64,000 nucleotides of DNA from Octopus sinensis. Its lineage: Eukaryota. Shown piece after piece: positions 38,299 to 54,116 of this stretch (position 1 is the stretch's first letter; the number at the start of each line of letters is the position of its first letter). The DNA lies in contig NC_042997.1 of assembly GCF_006345805.1 (NCBI RefSeq), positions 164,672,001 to 164,736,000 of the forward strand, in the 5' to 3' direction. The notes under the pieces are model-generated. The model ran no database searches. It was not told where the DNA came from and saw only the letters and a list, made by a program, of their open reading frames with translations. The translations under genes were made by a program, and so were the position numbers.

Positions 38299-38890
38299 GC
38301 ATGCATCCATCCATCCGTAGACAAATAGAGTAGTGGTAAAGGAGAGAGAATGGGATAGGATAGAAGAAAGAGTGAAAGGAAAGAGGGGTGGGAAGTGAAA
38401 TTGCAGAGTGACAGTGAGCTTCAGGATGGCAGAGAAAGACAGAGAGAGATAGAGAGAAAGAGAGAGGGGGAGAGAGAGGGGGAGAGAGAGGTGGAGAGGG
38501 AGAGAGATTTAGATAGATAGAGATACAATGAGAGACTAGTGGGAAGATGAAAATGCTAGTAGACGGTACAGGGAGAGACAGAGAGTGGCGGGAAGGTAGA
38601 AGAAGTGGTAGGAAGGTAGAAAGTAGAGAAAAAGAGAGTAATATGGAGGTTAAAGGAGAGAGGGGGATTAGCGGGAAGAGAGAGAGGGTAGTAATACGAA
38701 GGCAGACGGAGAGAAGTGGTAAGGTAGTGGGACATAAAGCGAGTAGCAGGAAGGCTTAACTGGGAGGTGAAGAGGGGGAAAAGAGAGAGAGAGGGAGAGA
38801 GAAAGAGAGTAGTGGAAAGAGAGAGAGAGTAGTGGAAAGAGAGAGAGAGAGAGAGTAGTGGAAAGAGAGAGAGAGAGAGAGAGAGAAGCA
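38070..38890. repeat. (TA)n, (TATC)n and GA-rich purine tract
   Basis: Directly visible. Confidence 0.9.
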
Positions 38891-39439
38891 ACAACGGCAA
38901 TGTTACAATAATGTGATATATTCCAATTTTTAAGTATGGACGTCATATGTTTAAAGAAAGATTAAAGGTTAATTTGTAACATCTGAGCTAAAACGTATAA
39001 TTTTTGATTAGCCTTATTTCCCTTTCCATGCGCTCTCCTAACTCCACCTTTTTCTATACATATGTATATATATCTATCTGACTTTCTATATGCATAATAA
39101 AAACCAAAAAAATATATAATATCGGTACTTACACACGCAACACACATACAGTTGTTCAAATATTGATACATTTCTACATTTGCAGTAATTTATGGATATA
39201 CTTGTTGCTGTTAGTTTTTCCTTTTTTTTTTTTTTTTTTTTTAATAATCTGAAAGTTTATCTTTTCCATTTTCATACGTTTATGCCCATACAAACGCATA
39301 TATGCATACATGGTTATTCATACATATATAAATAATGCACACATACACATTCTGTGTATTCGCTTCTTTTATTCTTTTACTGGTTTCAGCCGAGGTAGCG
39401 CCATGGCGTCTGTTTCAGCCTGGCGCTACACATACGCAC

Positions 39440-40075
<636 letters not shown>

Positions 40076-40740
40076 TACGCAAGCACACATCCACATTACA
40101 CATTTGTGTGTATATATTTATGTGTACATGTTCGATATGTACAACATATGTACGGTGGGTGCGCGTGCGCCTGTTTCAGTCTCGCCGTTTTGTTATTCAA
40201 TAGCAATTATCTTCACCCACCCACAATGTTATTTAAAAAAATAATATATATGAACATGATTTGCTGTTATTTACGATTATGTTAATTATTTTATAATTTC
40301 ATTACAAGGCATGAGTCAGCCGAATCGAGACCTTTTTCCATATCGGCTGTGTTCTTTCATTTCTTTCGGGTCCCACTTAACAGTTAGAATCAATAGATTA
40401 AACACCATATCTTATTGTAAAATTGATCTTACACCCGCCACACACTCACGCACACATACACACAGGCTCGCGCCCACACAATTTATTCGGATGATGCCAT
40501 GTAGTCTACATGTGTTGAGTACATTTGTATGTGATGGTATGTGTGTGTGTGAATGTGTGCGAGCGGCGTGTGTGGTGCGTGTGTATACTGAAGTGAATGT
40601 ATGTATGTATGTATGTATCTCTCTCTCTCTCTCTCTAAATATATATATAATATATTATATATATATTATATATATAATATATATATATATTATATATATA
40701 TATATATATATACATATATATAATATATATCTATATTATA

Positions 40741-41562
40741 GCGCAGGAGTGGCTGTGTGGTAAGTAGCTTGCTAACCAACTACATGGTTCCGGGTTCAGT
40801 CCCACTGCGTGGCATCTTGGGCAAGTGTCTTCTGCTATAGCCCCGGGCCGACCAATGCCTTGTGAGTGGATTTGGTAGACGGAAACTGAAAGAAGCCTGT
40901 CGTATATATGTATATATATAATAAGTGTGTGTGTGTATATGTTTGTGTGCCTGTGTTTGTCCCCCGTCATTGGCTTGACAACCGATGCTGGTGTGTTTAC
41001 GTCACCGTCACTTAGCGGTTCTCGGCAAAAGAGACCGATAGAATAAGTACTGGGCTTACAAAGAATAAGTCCCGGGGTCGATTTGGGTTCGACTAAAGGC
41101 GGTGCTCTAGCATGGCCGCAGTTCAAATGACTGAAACAAGTAAATAGTAAAAGTATACGCGTAGGAGTGGCTGTGTGGTAAGTAGCTTGCTTATGAACTA
41201 CATGGTTCCGGGTTCAGTCCTACTGCGTGGCATCTTGGGCAAATGTCTTCTACTATAGCCTCGGGCCGACCAAAGCCTTGTGTGAGTGGATTTGGTAGAC
41301 GGAAACTGAAAGAAGCCTTCGTATGTATTATATATATGTATGTGTGTGTGTTTTGTGTGTCTGTGTTTGTACCCCTAGCATTGCTTGACAACCGATGCTG
41401 GTGTGTTTACGGACGTCCCCGTCACTTAGCGGTTCGGCAAAAAGGAGACCGACAGAATATAAGTACTGGGCTTACAAACATTAATAAGTCCCGGGGTCGA
41501 TTTGCTCGACTAAAGGCGGTGCACCAGCATGGCCGCAGTCAAATGACTGAAACAAGTAAAAG
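40741..41562 (+). mobile_element. Two full-length SINE family B copies in tandem (40741-about 41150; 41159-41562)
   Basis: Both start gcgYaggagtggctgtgtggtaag and end gactgaaacaagtaaa. Confidence 0.9.
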
Positions 41563-41593
41563 TAAAGTATACAATATATATATATATTATATA

Positions 41594-41650
<57 letters not shown>

Positions 41651-42162
41651 CACACACTATATATATAATACATATATATACATATATATACATATATATA
41701 TATACAATATATATAATATAATAATATATACAATACATATAATATATATATTATACAATATATATATATTTAAATAAATACAATATATATAATATATATA
41801 TATATAGATATATATATTATATTATATATATATATATATTCATAATACGTGTGTTCGTGTTTGTATAATTGGTATATAATCGATTATACAAACACAAACA
41901 CTGCACGATCTATCTATCTATCTATCTGTCGATCTATATCTAGATCTATATATAAGCTGAGAAGAGCTGACTGATTCAGGCAACAACATACTATGTATGC
42001 ACGCACCACACACACACACACACACAGACGCAGGCGTAGTTGTGTGGGAAGAAGCCTGCTTTTCAACCACATGGTGACACCTTGGGTAAGTTTCCTCGAC
42101 TACTCGGGCCGACCAAGGCCTTGCGAATGGATTTGGTAGATAGAAACTGAAAGAAGCCCGTC

Positions 42163-42209
<47 letters not shown>

Positions 42210-42736
42210 ATATATATAGTATATATATATATATATATATATTCTATCTTTTACTCATTGGGGCACCGCCTTGAACTATTTGTTTTTAGTCGAATGAATC
42301 GATCCGAATACTTATTTATTTTGGTAAGCCTGGTACTTATTCTATTGGTCTCTTGTGCCGAGCCGGTAGGTTACGAGGACGTAAACACACTAACACCTGT
42401 TGCAAGACGGTAGTGGGTGGATAAACATAGACTCTCTCTCTCTCTCACACACACGTATGTGTGTTTGTGTGTGTGTGTGTCTTTGAGCCTGTGTTTGTCT
42501 CCCACCACCGTTTTACAACCGGTATTGGTGTGTTTACGTTCCCGTAATCTAGCGGTTCGGCATCAGAAACCGATAGAATAAGTACTAGGCTTACCAAAAT
42601 AAATAAATAAGTACTGGGTCGATTCATTCGACTAAAAACAAATAGTTCAAGGCGGTACCCACGAGTAAAAGATATATATATATATATATATATAATATAT
42701 ATATATATATAAATTATATATATATTATGTATATAT

Positions 42737-42778
<42 letters not shown>

Positions 42779-43062
42779 GGGTTTCCACACAGTTTCCGTC
42801 AACCAAGTTCACTCACCAGCTCGATTGAGCTGTAGAAGACACTTGCTCAAGGTGCCACGCAGTGAGACTGAACGCAAAATTGTGGTTGCAAAGCGAGGTT
42901 CTTACAATTCACTCATGGCTGTGTCTATAAACTGCTCTTTGCTCTGTGTCTTTTAAATAAAACGTGGTTTATCTTTTATCTATTTTCTTACACTGAAAAT
43001 ATTTCTACTAAACAAATCAGCCCATGCATAAAAACAAATTTGTGTCGCAATATCAACACATA

Positions 43063-44063
43063 TTGGGCCATCCCATAAATAATGCAGTTTTTTCAACTGC
43101 ATGAACTAAAAGTCGGAGGGGGACGGGATAAACTATCTGCATCAACTTGCTGTAAAAGCAGGTATTAATTTTACCTTGTACTTATTTTTGGTGGAAGTTT
43201 TGAAGAGTGCAGTTCGATTTTAACAGATTTTTTCCAAAGCTATAATGGAAGTGACAAAGGAGCATATTCGGCATATTTTGCTATACGAGTTTAATAAAGA
43301 CAACAACGCAATGGAAAATGCGAGGAATATTAATGCAGTATATGGGGATTGGACAATAAGCGTAAGCCAGCATCAACGGAAATTCCAGAAATTCCAAGTC
43401 GGAAACTACAGCCTAAAAGACGAGCCTCATTCTGGAAGATCTGTAGAGCTCGACGAAGACGTCCTGCAAACTTTGGTGCAACAAAGTCCCATCGTAACTG
43501 TTGAGGGGCTAACAGAGAAGCTTGGATCTGGTTATTCAACCAATCATCGACACCTGTGTGCCATCGGAAAAGCCAGCAAATTGGGTCAGTGGTTTCCTCA
43601 CAAACTTTCCAAGTCTAATCGCGCCCAGAGAGTGAATGTTTGCTCTTCTTTGCTGTCACGTCTCACGAATGACTTTTTTGTACCAAATAGTGACTGGTGA
43701 CGAGAAATGGGTTTCCTGAAAATGTCAAGCAGCGAGGATGATATTCGAAAGGCTGGAGCAGTTTGAATGGGAAACGATTCCTCCACCCACTATATTCGCC
43801 GGACATTGCCCCATCTGATTATCAAAATCATTTGGACGGAAAAATATGAATTCAGTAGATGAGGTCAGTACAGTACTGGAGGAGTATTTTTTGTCAGGGA
43901 CAAGTGAATTTTAGAAGGGGGTCCTTGCAAGTCTACCAAATAGATGGCAGAGCATTGTAGAAAATGGAGAGTATATTTTAGATTAAAAAAGAACTTTGTT
44001 TATCTTAATTTTGAAAAATAAAAGGAGTATTAAAAAAGCTGCATTATTTATGGGATGACCCAA
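43063..44063 (+). mobile_element. Mariner transposon with both TIRs, TA TSD and an internal deletion
   Basis: TA|ttgggccatcccataaataatgcag...ctgcattatttatgggatgacccaa|TA; the HTH ORF, VTGDEKW and YSPDIAPSDY are all present. Confidence 0.92.
43245..43700 (+). pseudogene. Mariner transposase N-terminal half (HTH domains), frameshifted just before TGDEKW
   Basis: KEHIRHILLYEF...SLKDEPHSGRSVELDED...GQWFPHKL. Confidence 0.9.
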
Positions 44064-47000
44064 TACATTCACTCGTATCTTCTCTAGCTTACAATTCTTC
44101 ATATCGCTAATCCACATGAAATTACCTTAAAAGAGATCAAGAACATGTCACATTCTATCTATTTCTTCCGGTTGAAAGCAAGAACAAATTCGTCTAACAG
44201 AACACACACTTAAACAAATATCATTTTCATATATTCATAACATATAAAAACATTTTATGAAGATACAACTTCACATGCATCGACATTATTTTCTCTCTGA
44301 GTTTTTGGCGGGAAAGCATGCTAATTTCTTCCAAAATAGATTTTATCGTGAGATTATGGGTTGGATTTTGACTCAATAAATTGAGTTATTTCGCATTGAA
44401 ATACTAAAAGGAATAACAAGCTGGTATTTATTCCATTGACAAAGACTTATAGTCGCTGTTTTGCAGTTATATACTCGTGGACATCGTTCTTGATGAGCTG
44501 AAGAATCATTCTATTATAATTGTATTTTGGTAGGAATTGTAAAATCTGAACATCAAGTGTTGGCAATTGGTTGTTGTTGTTGTTGTTCTTTGTCGTGAGA
44601 TAATGCTGCTATCGAGCAGAACTATGATTGAAACCATTGAAGTACATCTCGGAATACGTTATCTAGTATGTCCTATTCTCATTCAATACGATAAGGAGCA
44701 ATTTGAAGGAGATTTGGTTGTTTCATTCTAGCATGTAGAGGCTATTTAGTTGGTAGTTAGAAGGCTTGCTTGTAAGTTCATATATTTCAAGTCTGGTCAA
44801 TTTAAAGTTTTTTCCCTTTACCAAATCAGTGTGTTGAGACGACGGTTGACATACATGTTTTCACATATTAAAAAAAAAAAAATCCCGCACAAAAAAATCG
44901 ACAAAAAAAATAAAATTAAAAATATCCCCACAAAACAAAACAAAAAAATCTTACTTTATCACTTTAAAAATCTTTTACTACGATCTGAAGGAAGTCACGA
45001 AAATAGCCAAGGCCAACGAAAAGAAAGGTTCACAAGGAATTGACAATTTATACTTAGAATGTGTAACAGAATCCAAAGCTTCAGTGTTTGCTGAGAATGA
45101 CACAGGGTATTTCTATTGGGAGACATATTTCAGTTTGTAAAAGGGATCTCAGATACAATGACAAATACAAGCCAGCTAATTCATTAAAGTTTAAAATCTC
45201 GATGGTACTTAAGAGGAAGACAATGTTTGAAAATAACTGGCATTGAATTAATATTAGACTAAGCTTTCTAATGACACTGTTATCGATTGTAGATCGTGAA
45301 TTCGTCTAAAACTCCGATTGGTACTTACACTTGGAAAAATTTAACCGAATCTCAGTTTGAGCCAAGGTATTATATCTTTATTGAAATATGAAGTTAGATA
45401 AATTCTATATATGTTAGTGTTAGCAAATTTTATTAAGTCCAGGGGTTTTAAAGCGGACGTTTAGAGCACTTAAATATACCTCTACTGTTAACTATCTCAA
45501 GGCATATATGTCTGAACGTTTCTTATCAGTATATGATATCGAAGAAAAATATAACATTCAAAAGGAACAAAACTAATAAAAGTGTTAAAATTTTATAGAT
45601 AACCAAACTGGAAAGTTTTTCGCAATATTTATCTAGATTAGGCTTTTAAATCACGTATATCAATAGTCAATTAGTTATTGACATACTAGTGAGGTTTTTC
45701 GTTTTCACGTTCTGTATTCAAGGAGTATCATCCAAATAGGACCAAGCTACCTTCACGGTTCGCAATGGCAAATTAAGAACTTCAAGAAAAAGAAGAAAAA
45801 AATACATGTCAATTAAAAGTTGCGAATCGTGACTTCCGCAATATCTATCTGGACTGGAGAATTAAGAATTAAGAAATAAATGCGAAGAAGCAGTTCAACC
45901 AGCTGTGTTTCTTAAGTGCATAGAAGGGTTAAATTTCAACTGTTCTTGTTATTTAACCATACGTTAACTCAGATGAAACAGCCATCTAACCATGGTCGTA
46001 GAGTTTTATTTTCAGACGCTGTATCGAGGACATCTTTATCCTATGTGCCATTTTTTTATAAGATGGTAAGAAGTGGTTTAAGGGTAATTTGGCTGCTATT
46101 TCTAAAAAGATCGAGCTACCACGTAGAGGTTCCACGAGCGTTCTTCATAAGTAGGACACGGACATTACTTCGATTCAATGTAGTAATTTGGATACTTTTG
46201 AATTGTTGCTATGTACTTTTTTAAACAGTTTGATTTATTGCTGATTCATTGAATTGAATTTGTTAATTAATTTGAGAAATGGTAAGCATGCAACCAACAA
46301 AATGGCCTGGAGTCGCAACAGAAGCTTGGAAAATTGAATTATTCCTAAAATTACAAAATCATCTATAAATTTTAGCATTGTCCTTGTTTCAATAGAAATA
46401 AATAATCATTTAAAAAAAAATTATTTCAAATTTCTTTATAGTCATTTATAATTTAATACATTCTGATCGAGAAAATATTGAAATTAAAATCAAAATCTCA
46501 AATTAGGACTGGTTATTTTTTTAAAGAAATAGCACAGCTTTTTTTTTTTTACTGTTTTATCTCACAAAATAGTGTTTATCTTAGTCCTAGTTTTTAATGT
46601 TCGATTTATTTACTTTAACAATAAAATTGAATTCTAAATCAAATTAAGAATACAATTCTAGGTTTTCGTGATATTTTCGATTTCCTCATATTTCCATGCT
46701 GAGTCTCTAGAAAGTTCAATACTTTATTAGACATTCTGTCATATTCAGTTTTATTCGGTTAATCTTATTTAGCTCCAAACATTTTAATCTCTTTTCTATT
46801 ATAGTTACTTCAAACCAGCAAATTATTCGCTGTTCTTAAAACTCTCTTCAGTTACCTACATATACGATTTCTTCTTGTCTTTCAAAAATCCTTTAATTTC
46901 CATTAGTTTTCTTTGTTCACACTAACTCATTCTAGTTCTTAAATCCACTCTATACGTCCGTTCCTTGAAGCTTGTTTTCACTGTCCATATTTTACCACCA

Positions 47001-48349
47001 TGCAGTGCGGTTGCAACACTGCTCATGCAATCTTTTGTACGCAGAAAAAAGAAAAGAGAAAAAGAAAAAGGAAAGAAAAAAGACCATTTGTTGTCAGCAT
47101 GCACTGAAAATCTCTCAACTACTTTCAACAACATTGAACTTTACTAGTTTGGCTATCATATTGGCTTTTATTATTTGGTTACTTGTTAAGGTTATAGAAC
47201 TTTTGTTATCTGCAGTAGAAAACTATTAACTATTTCGCGTTTATTTAGCTGTACTTTCTTCTGTGTTACGTATACACTGTCTGCTTCAGAGATCGGTGAC
47301 CGAGAGGTACTGCTCTCTTTGGTCGCAGATTCTTTGACTGCTAATACTGAGGAAGTCAAAATTTGTAACGACTGCAGAAATGGCATTTTTTAAAAATCTC
47401 CTCTTCAACCAAAAATAAATAAAGAAAATATAATATATATATTTATATATATTTTTTGCTGTCGTTTGATATATTACACTGTACAAACATGTACATAAGC
47501 TAAGGAATAAATATATAGTTATATATTGTATGTAACGTACGCTATAAATGCTATACAAAACACTGTACACCTATATCTGCGCGTGAAGTGTTTTGTATTT
47601 ATATTCCCAGTGCTTAATACTTTGAAGAAGACGAACAAAATAGGTGAAGAAATGAAAGGCTAAATGTACTTAAAGCGTAGGTTTACACGTCTGGATACAC
47701 ATCAGAAGTGGAAAAACAGATAGTATACATTTACATACACATGCATATGTTCACACAGACAAAAAGAGGTGCCAAGTGAAAGAAGAAAAAAAACATAATC
47801 AATGTAAAATGGAGAGGAAAGTTATCAAACAAAGCTGTATAATATACACGTAAGATATTTCTTTCTGGGTGCTGACATTTTACTGCCAGTGTTATGAACA
47901 CATCATGATGTTTATACTGGAAACTCGAGCAAGGGGGAGGGCTGGGTGATTTTTAGCATTGGCAGTTTGGGGTGGGAATATTGTTTGAGTGTAGAAAATA
48001 GACAAATATATATAAATGTATATAGCTATACATTAAAAAACCTACCTATGAAATAAAAAGAAAAGATGTAGGCCGTCAGTGCTTTCGACCAGCTATTTTT
48101 ACATACGTTAAGTATAATTTTTCCCAAACATTTTGTTAGATTCTTAATCAAGCAAAGTGAAATTTAAGACATCAAACAAAACTTAATAAAATTGTTGATG
48201 AAAATTGAAGTATATTTTTTTTTACCGTACATTCAAAATCGAGTGCCGAATGTAAATTGAAAATATATGGTTTGAGGTTTAGCCATTGAATCTACAAAAT
48301 TGCTTTACATAGCTCCAACATACCTATGTCCATAACATACGTATACGTG

Positions 48350-48430
48350 TATATATGCATATACGTTACCACGGATAGTTTTAAATATATAATTATATAT
48401 AAACACAGACACACACACATATATATATTA

Positions 48431-48471
<41 letters not shown>

Positions 48472-48490
48472 ATGCATACATATATATATA

Positions 48491-48537
<47 letters not shown>

Positions 48538-48642
48538 TATATATGTGCACACAAACTATATATAAGTCTGTCTATATATACACGTATATATATGCATATA
48601 TATATATATATGTATGTATACATATATACATATACATATATA

Positions 48643-48684
<42 letters not shown>

Positions 48685-49141
48685 CAAAATAAATAATACA
48701 TATATATGTATGCTGTATGTTAATACGTAAATACATACATACATATATTATGCACATATATATATTTGCTTTATACATATAAATACATAAACACACGTAG
48801 AACCACATAATGCATTTGTACGACTGTTTATATATGGTATATTAATATATGAATGTATATGTACATATATATGTGTGCAAATATGTAAATATATTTATAT
48901 ATCTATATGTATTTATATGTATGTATACACGTGTATATATATTACATAAATATCAATAGATAGATACATATATACATATTTATGTATCTACACACACACA
49001 CACACATATATATGCATGTACATGTGTATATACATGTTCATACTTACATACACATAGCCACCAAACACTATGCTGATATATATATATATATATATAATAT
49101 ATATATAATGTATATATATATAATACATATATATATGTACG

Positions 49142-49215
<74 letters not shown>

Positions 49216-49217
49216 AT

Positions 49218-49266
<49 letters not shown>

Positions 49267-49615
49267 TATATATATGTTACATACATATATATATATATTA
49301 TATAATACACACACACGTTATGCTATATATTTGAAGAAATGTAAATCTATTTGCTTAAATGGAATTAAGGTTATTTATAACACATGTCCATTTTTGAAGT
49401 GTTTGTTCCCTGGGCAATTTAATAAAAGACAATGCTTACTTCTGGTACTCATCTAGCTTTCCATTCCATCAGACTTTCACCAACTATCAGAAAAAAGTAT
49501 ACGAAAATGGTATTTCAGTTTCACCATCTTTTACATTGCTATATTTCATGAGAAGCAACTTCCTTACACCTACAATATTTCTCTACAGGGTATAGCCGAC
49601 GGCATTTATCAATTG

Positions 49616-49646
<31 letters not shown>

Positions 49647-49649
49647 TAT

Positions 49650-49696
<47 letters not shown>

Positions 49697-49810
49697 CATA
49701 TACATATATACATATACACCATATACATATATACATATACTATATATATATATACATATATATATACATATAATATATATATCATATATATATTACATAT
49801 ATATATATAC

Positions 49811-49841
<31 letters not shown>

Positions 49842-50184
49842 CATATATATATAACATATATATATATATACATATACATATATACATATACATATATATA
49901 TATACACATATATATATACATATATATATACACATATATATTAACAACATATATATATGTATATATATATATGTATATGTGTATATATTATGTTTTATTA
50001 TGTTCATATATATATATATGTATATATATATATACACACGCATATATATATATATACATACACACACACATATATATATGTATGTACGTTTGCAAGTACA
50101 CAAACATATACATGCACGCATATAAGTATGCACACATAAATATATACACTTGTTTAGCTATAGATGTATTAATATATATTCAAG

Positions 50185-50229
<45 letters not shown>

Positions 50230-50357
50230 CCTACATACACACACATATGTATGTATATACTCATATGTATAGATATTTACTATGCATACTTGCATATCTG
50301 TATTTATAATTAATGTATATATAACTATGCATGTATGCATATATATATTTAAGTATG

Positions 50358-50405
<48 letters not shown>

Positions 50406-50650
50406 TGTGCTGTAAATATTATACTTATGTACGAACTCTGCATATATTACATATATTTCTTATATATTACAGATCTATAAATGTGTAAATGCATACGTAC
50501 ACGTATAAATGTGTGTATATACATACATATATATATACATATGCAAACATACGTCTGTATACATACGTACAAATGTATATATACATTATATATCGATATA
50601 TGTATGCATTTATTTCTATGTCTATTTTTGTATATCGATAGATATATAGC
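48350..50650. repeat. Very large compound TA/CA microsatellite region
   Basis: Directly visible. Confidence 0.92.
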
Positions 50651-52566
50651 ATATCTGTGTTTTCAAACAGTAAGAACACGACTATCTAATATATAGTATT
50701 TGCTTTGACAATGTTTTTGTAAGCTTGTCAAAAGAAGAAATCCTTAACGTACACTGTACTATGCACAGAATTATTGATGATTTAGCTAAAATTTGCCACT
50801 GTAACCTGGTGGCTGACGATATAGCTGAATCAGCAATTCATAGAGTTTTGTATTAAAAATAAACAAACAAATTTAGTCCGATATTATAATATGGTTTACT
50901 GTGAGTAGTAGTACTTGATAAAATGCAGTTTACCTTATTTTCAATAAAAACACGTAGGAAATGGCTTAAATGATAAAATCAGGTTTGTTAGAATCCAGTA
51001 CTCAGCAAAAAAATCTCTTCCAATTCCTTGTGTTTTCTTTTCCCCTCCACAGAGGATTCTCATCCAATTTATTATTACTCTCTTTTCCGGAAGTTTTCCA
51101 TTTTCTCAGAGTTCTCGCATTCTATTTTTCTTTTCTTCCAAAAGCGGAAGTTATATATCTCTTTCGAGTCGCACACTTCTTCCCGGAAGTGTAAGTGTTT
51201 CTCTTTCATACCTGTATATTTTCCCGGAACTCATCTTCTTTCTGCAAGTGGACAGAGTTTTCATTCTCCATTCTAACTCTTCTGAAAGCGGAAGTGTATC
51301 TTTTTCCCATTCCATATAATTTCCCATTTTATATGAGATGTCCAGTCAGCTTATTTCGTTTCCTTTTTTTTATCCAATCGTTACAAGAACTTCACTTCTT
51401 GTATTTTATTATGCAACAGCACTAATATTAGCTAATTATTTCCTTTCATGTCACTCAAGACGTCCTTTATAATTCAATGCTAATAACAACTGAATTATAA
51501 GGACCCCCAAGAGCGTTTCATTAAGGGAAGTAACTCATAATCATGTCACTTGCATAAGAAAGTAAAATTACTTGAGAACAACCCTATGCCAACTTCAATA
51601 TATTGGCTACTACAAAACGAAAATTATAAATGCTGAATCGATAGATGGTTTCATTACACTATTATTACCAAATAATATATTATTGAAAGTAGCTACGAAA
51701 GCTGCTGAGATCGGCATTTATTTCCAGTCATGTGTGTAACAAGCAAAATAGTGTGACATCACTTAGGCCATTTTAGGTTGATGATATCTGCTATATTTTA
51801 ATAAATAAATCACGTTAAATTAGTTTGAATGACTGTACCATGAAAATTCTCTAGAAGCTACTGAACCGTATATGCCTAATTTCTAACAAAGTCAATATTT
51901 AGATTAAAAACAGGAAAAATATGTCTATGTACGGTATTTAAACACACTTTGACTGTCAGTACGTTCTTTCTATTCACTCAACCGCAGAGACTATATTATC
52001 TAACACGGTGGTTATGATAAACAGTGAATTGTTTGTGGCTTTGTATGCAGCAGTATCTAATAATGGGTGATCATTCTGTTAGTCACACAATATAAGGCCT
52101 GCAATTAATTTGAACATAAAAAAACTCTGTACCAGTATACCAACACTAAACCCAATGTTTCACATTTCTTTTCTCAAACAGCACAACTAAATTTTCTGTA
52201 AATTCATATGTTAGAGAGTTTGTGCAAAGGAAGTTGTTAATGAGAATAAGTATAAAGTTACAACTTTTGATGGGTTTAGACATAAAGATGTTGTTTTTGT
52301 TTAACTCAGAGTTAAACTTAATCGAATAGATTTAAAATCATTGCAGCCGTGATCAAGCTATATATTTTCCAGAAGGTAACCCTTTCTCACGCTAGAGTGA
52401 AGGATTTAAGAGAGATTTTGTTGCTATTTCTAACAGGTTGAGAAATCACAACAGGGCTCTTCGTTGGCTCGATATAAAGATAGTTCAGTGTAACATCTGT
52501 CGGCGAGGATGAAAGTGAAAATATGATATTTATTGAACAATATTACATAATATAACAGATAAAACT

Positions 52567-52785
52567 AAGGCGGTCAGCAGACAGAATCGTTAGCATGCTG
52601 GGCAAAATGCTTAGCGGCATTTCGTCCGTCTTTACGTTCTGAGTTCAAATTCCGTCAAGGTCGACTTTACCTTTTATTCTCTCAGGGATCAATGAAATAA
52701 GTAACAGTTGCGCACTGGGGTCGATGTAATCGACTTAGCCTCTTCCCGAAATTGATGGCCTTGTGCCAAAATTTGAAATCAATAT
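52567..52785 (+). mobile_element. SINE family A copy
   Basis: aaggcggtcagcagacagaatcgttagc...gagttcaaattccgtcaaggtcgac. Confidence 0.82.
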
Positions 52786-52843
52786 GTCAGATAAAACTGT
52801 CACTGGAAAACCCAGTTGTAAGTATGAAGGTACTAAAGAATAA

Positions 52844-54000
52844 TATCAGGTTGGAAAGAAAATCTTGTCGCATTTTTGCCATGATGCTTTTGAGGGCACT
52901 TTTACAATACTTACGTTGAAATAAGCATTAATGCTTTTCTTCCTTTCTGTGCAGATTATTTTAAACTGTAGTAGTTAAATTCGCATAGATATTTTACCCT
53001 TTCAAAATGAGTTTGGATCATACCAATATCTGCATGCTGCTTGCAATTCAAAAGCTCTTCAGCAATGGAAGCGGCAGGCAATATTCTTTTCGTCTATGAA
53101 AATGAAGCTTTAAGAGTCAGGACATGCCTACGAAGCTTTGGTCCGTTTCGCTCGGGAAATTTTTCTCTAGCAGATACCCCTCGATTTGGACGACCAAGTT
53201 CTATCAATATTGAAATTCTGAAAACCATAGCTGAGGAAAATCTAAAGTAAGCAGTATGAGAATGAGCAAAATACTTCGATAATCAAACACTTCCATGAAC
53301 CAGGAAAAGTACCTAAACTTGGCCAGTGAGTCCCTCTTCATCTGAATGCATCTCAGCTTAATCAAAAAAGTTTCCTTCTACTCATCGTTGAAAAGTTGAC
53401 TTACTACCGGACCTTCCTTGAGTAGAATCAGCACATTGAATCTTTTCTGTCTCATACAAATTGTAAATTACCCTTTCATTATATAATCATACCCAACGAA
53501 AATAATGTTTAAGTACCTATGAGAAAGGAGAATCTATCTCCAAACCAGAATTACGTCTTAAGAAAGTTATACTCTGTGTTTGGTGGGTTATGAAAGGCAT
53601 CGTCTAAAATGTCTAACCAAAGTGAAGTAGTTCCTACGACGTATTGTCGTCAATTGGAAGCATTGCACAAAATTTTGCAGAAAAAGCGCCCATCATTGGT
53701 CAATGGTAAAAGGGTGTTGTTCTTACACGATAATGAAAGATCATATATTACTCAAGTCACTCAGGAAGAGATTATGACTCTAAATATGGAAGATTTGCCT
53801 CATCCTCCATACTCTTCTGACCTTGCTCCATCTATCATCCTTTCAGATCACAGCAACACTATTTAGAAGGAAAATGATTAATTAATTATGACGAGGTTAA
53901 CGATGATATCGAGTGTTTGTTTGCTTCGAACCCTAAGAATTTTACGACCGAAAAATTAACAATTTGCCAAATTGATGGGATTGTGTTATCAAGGGAAAAC
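52844..54000 (+). pseudogene. Heavily decayed mariner (left TIR-like TA|tcaggttgg; right end not found)
   Basis: FSLADTPRFGRPSS, GQ*VPLHL, VLFLHDNERS and LPHPPYSSDLAPS in order. Confidence 0.8.
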
Positions 54001-54077
54001 ATCTTGACTGAACATAGCAATCAAAACCTGGGAAATATCTTGACTATATATATCAATCAAAGCTTAAGAAGCATTTG

Positions 54078-54116
<39 letters not shown>

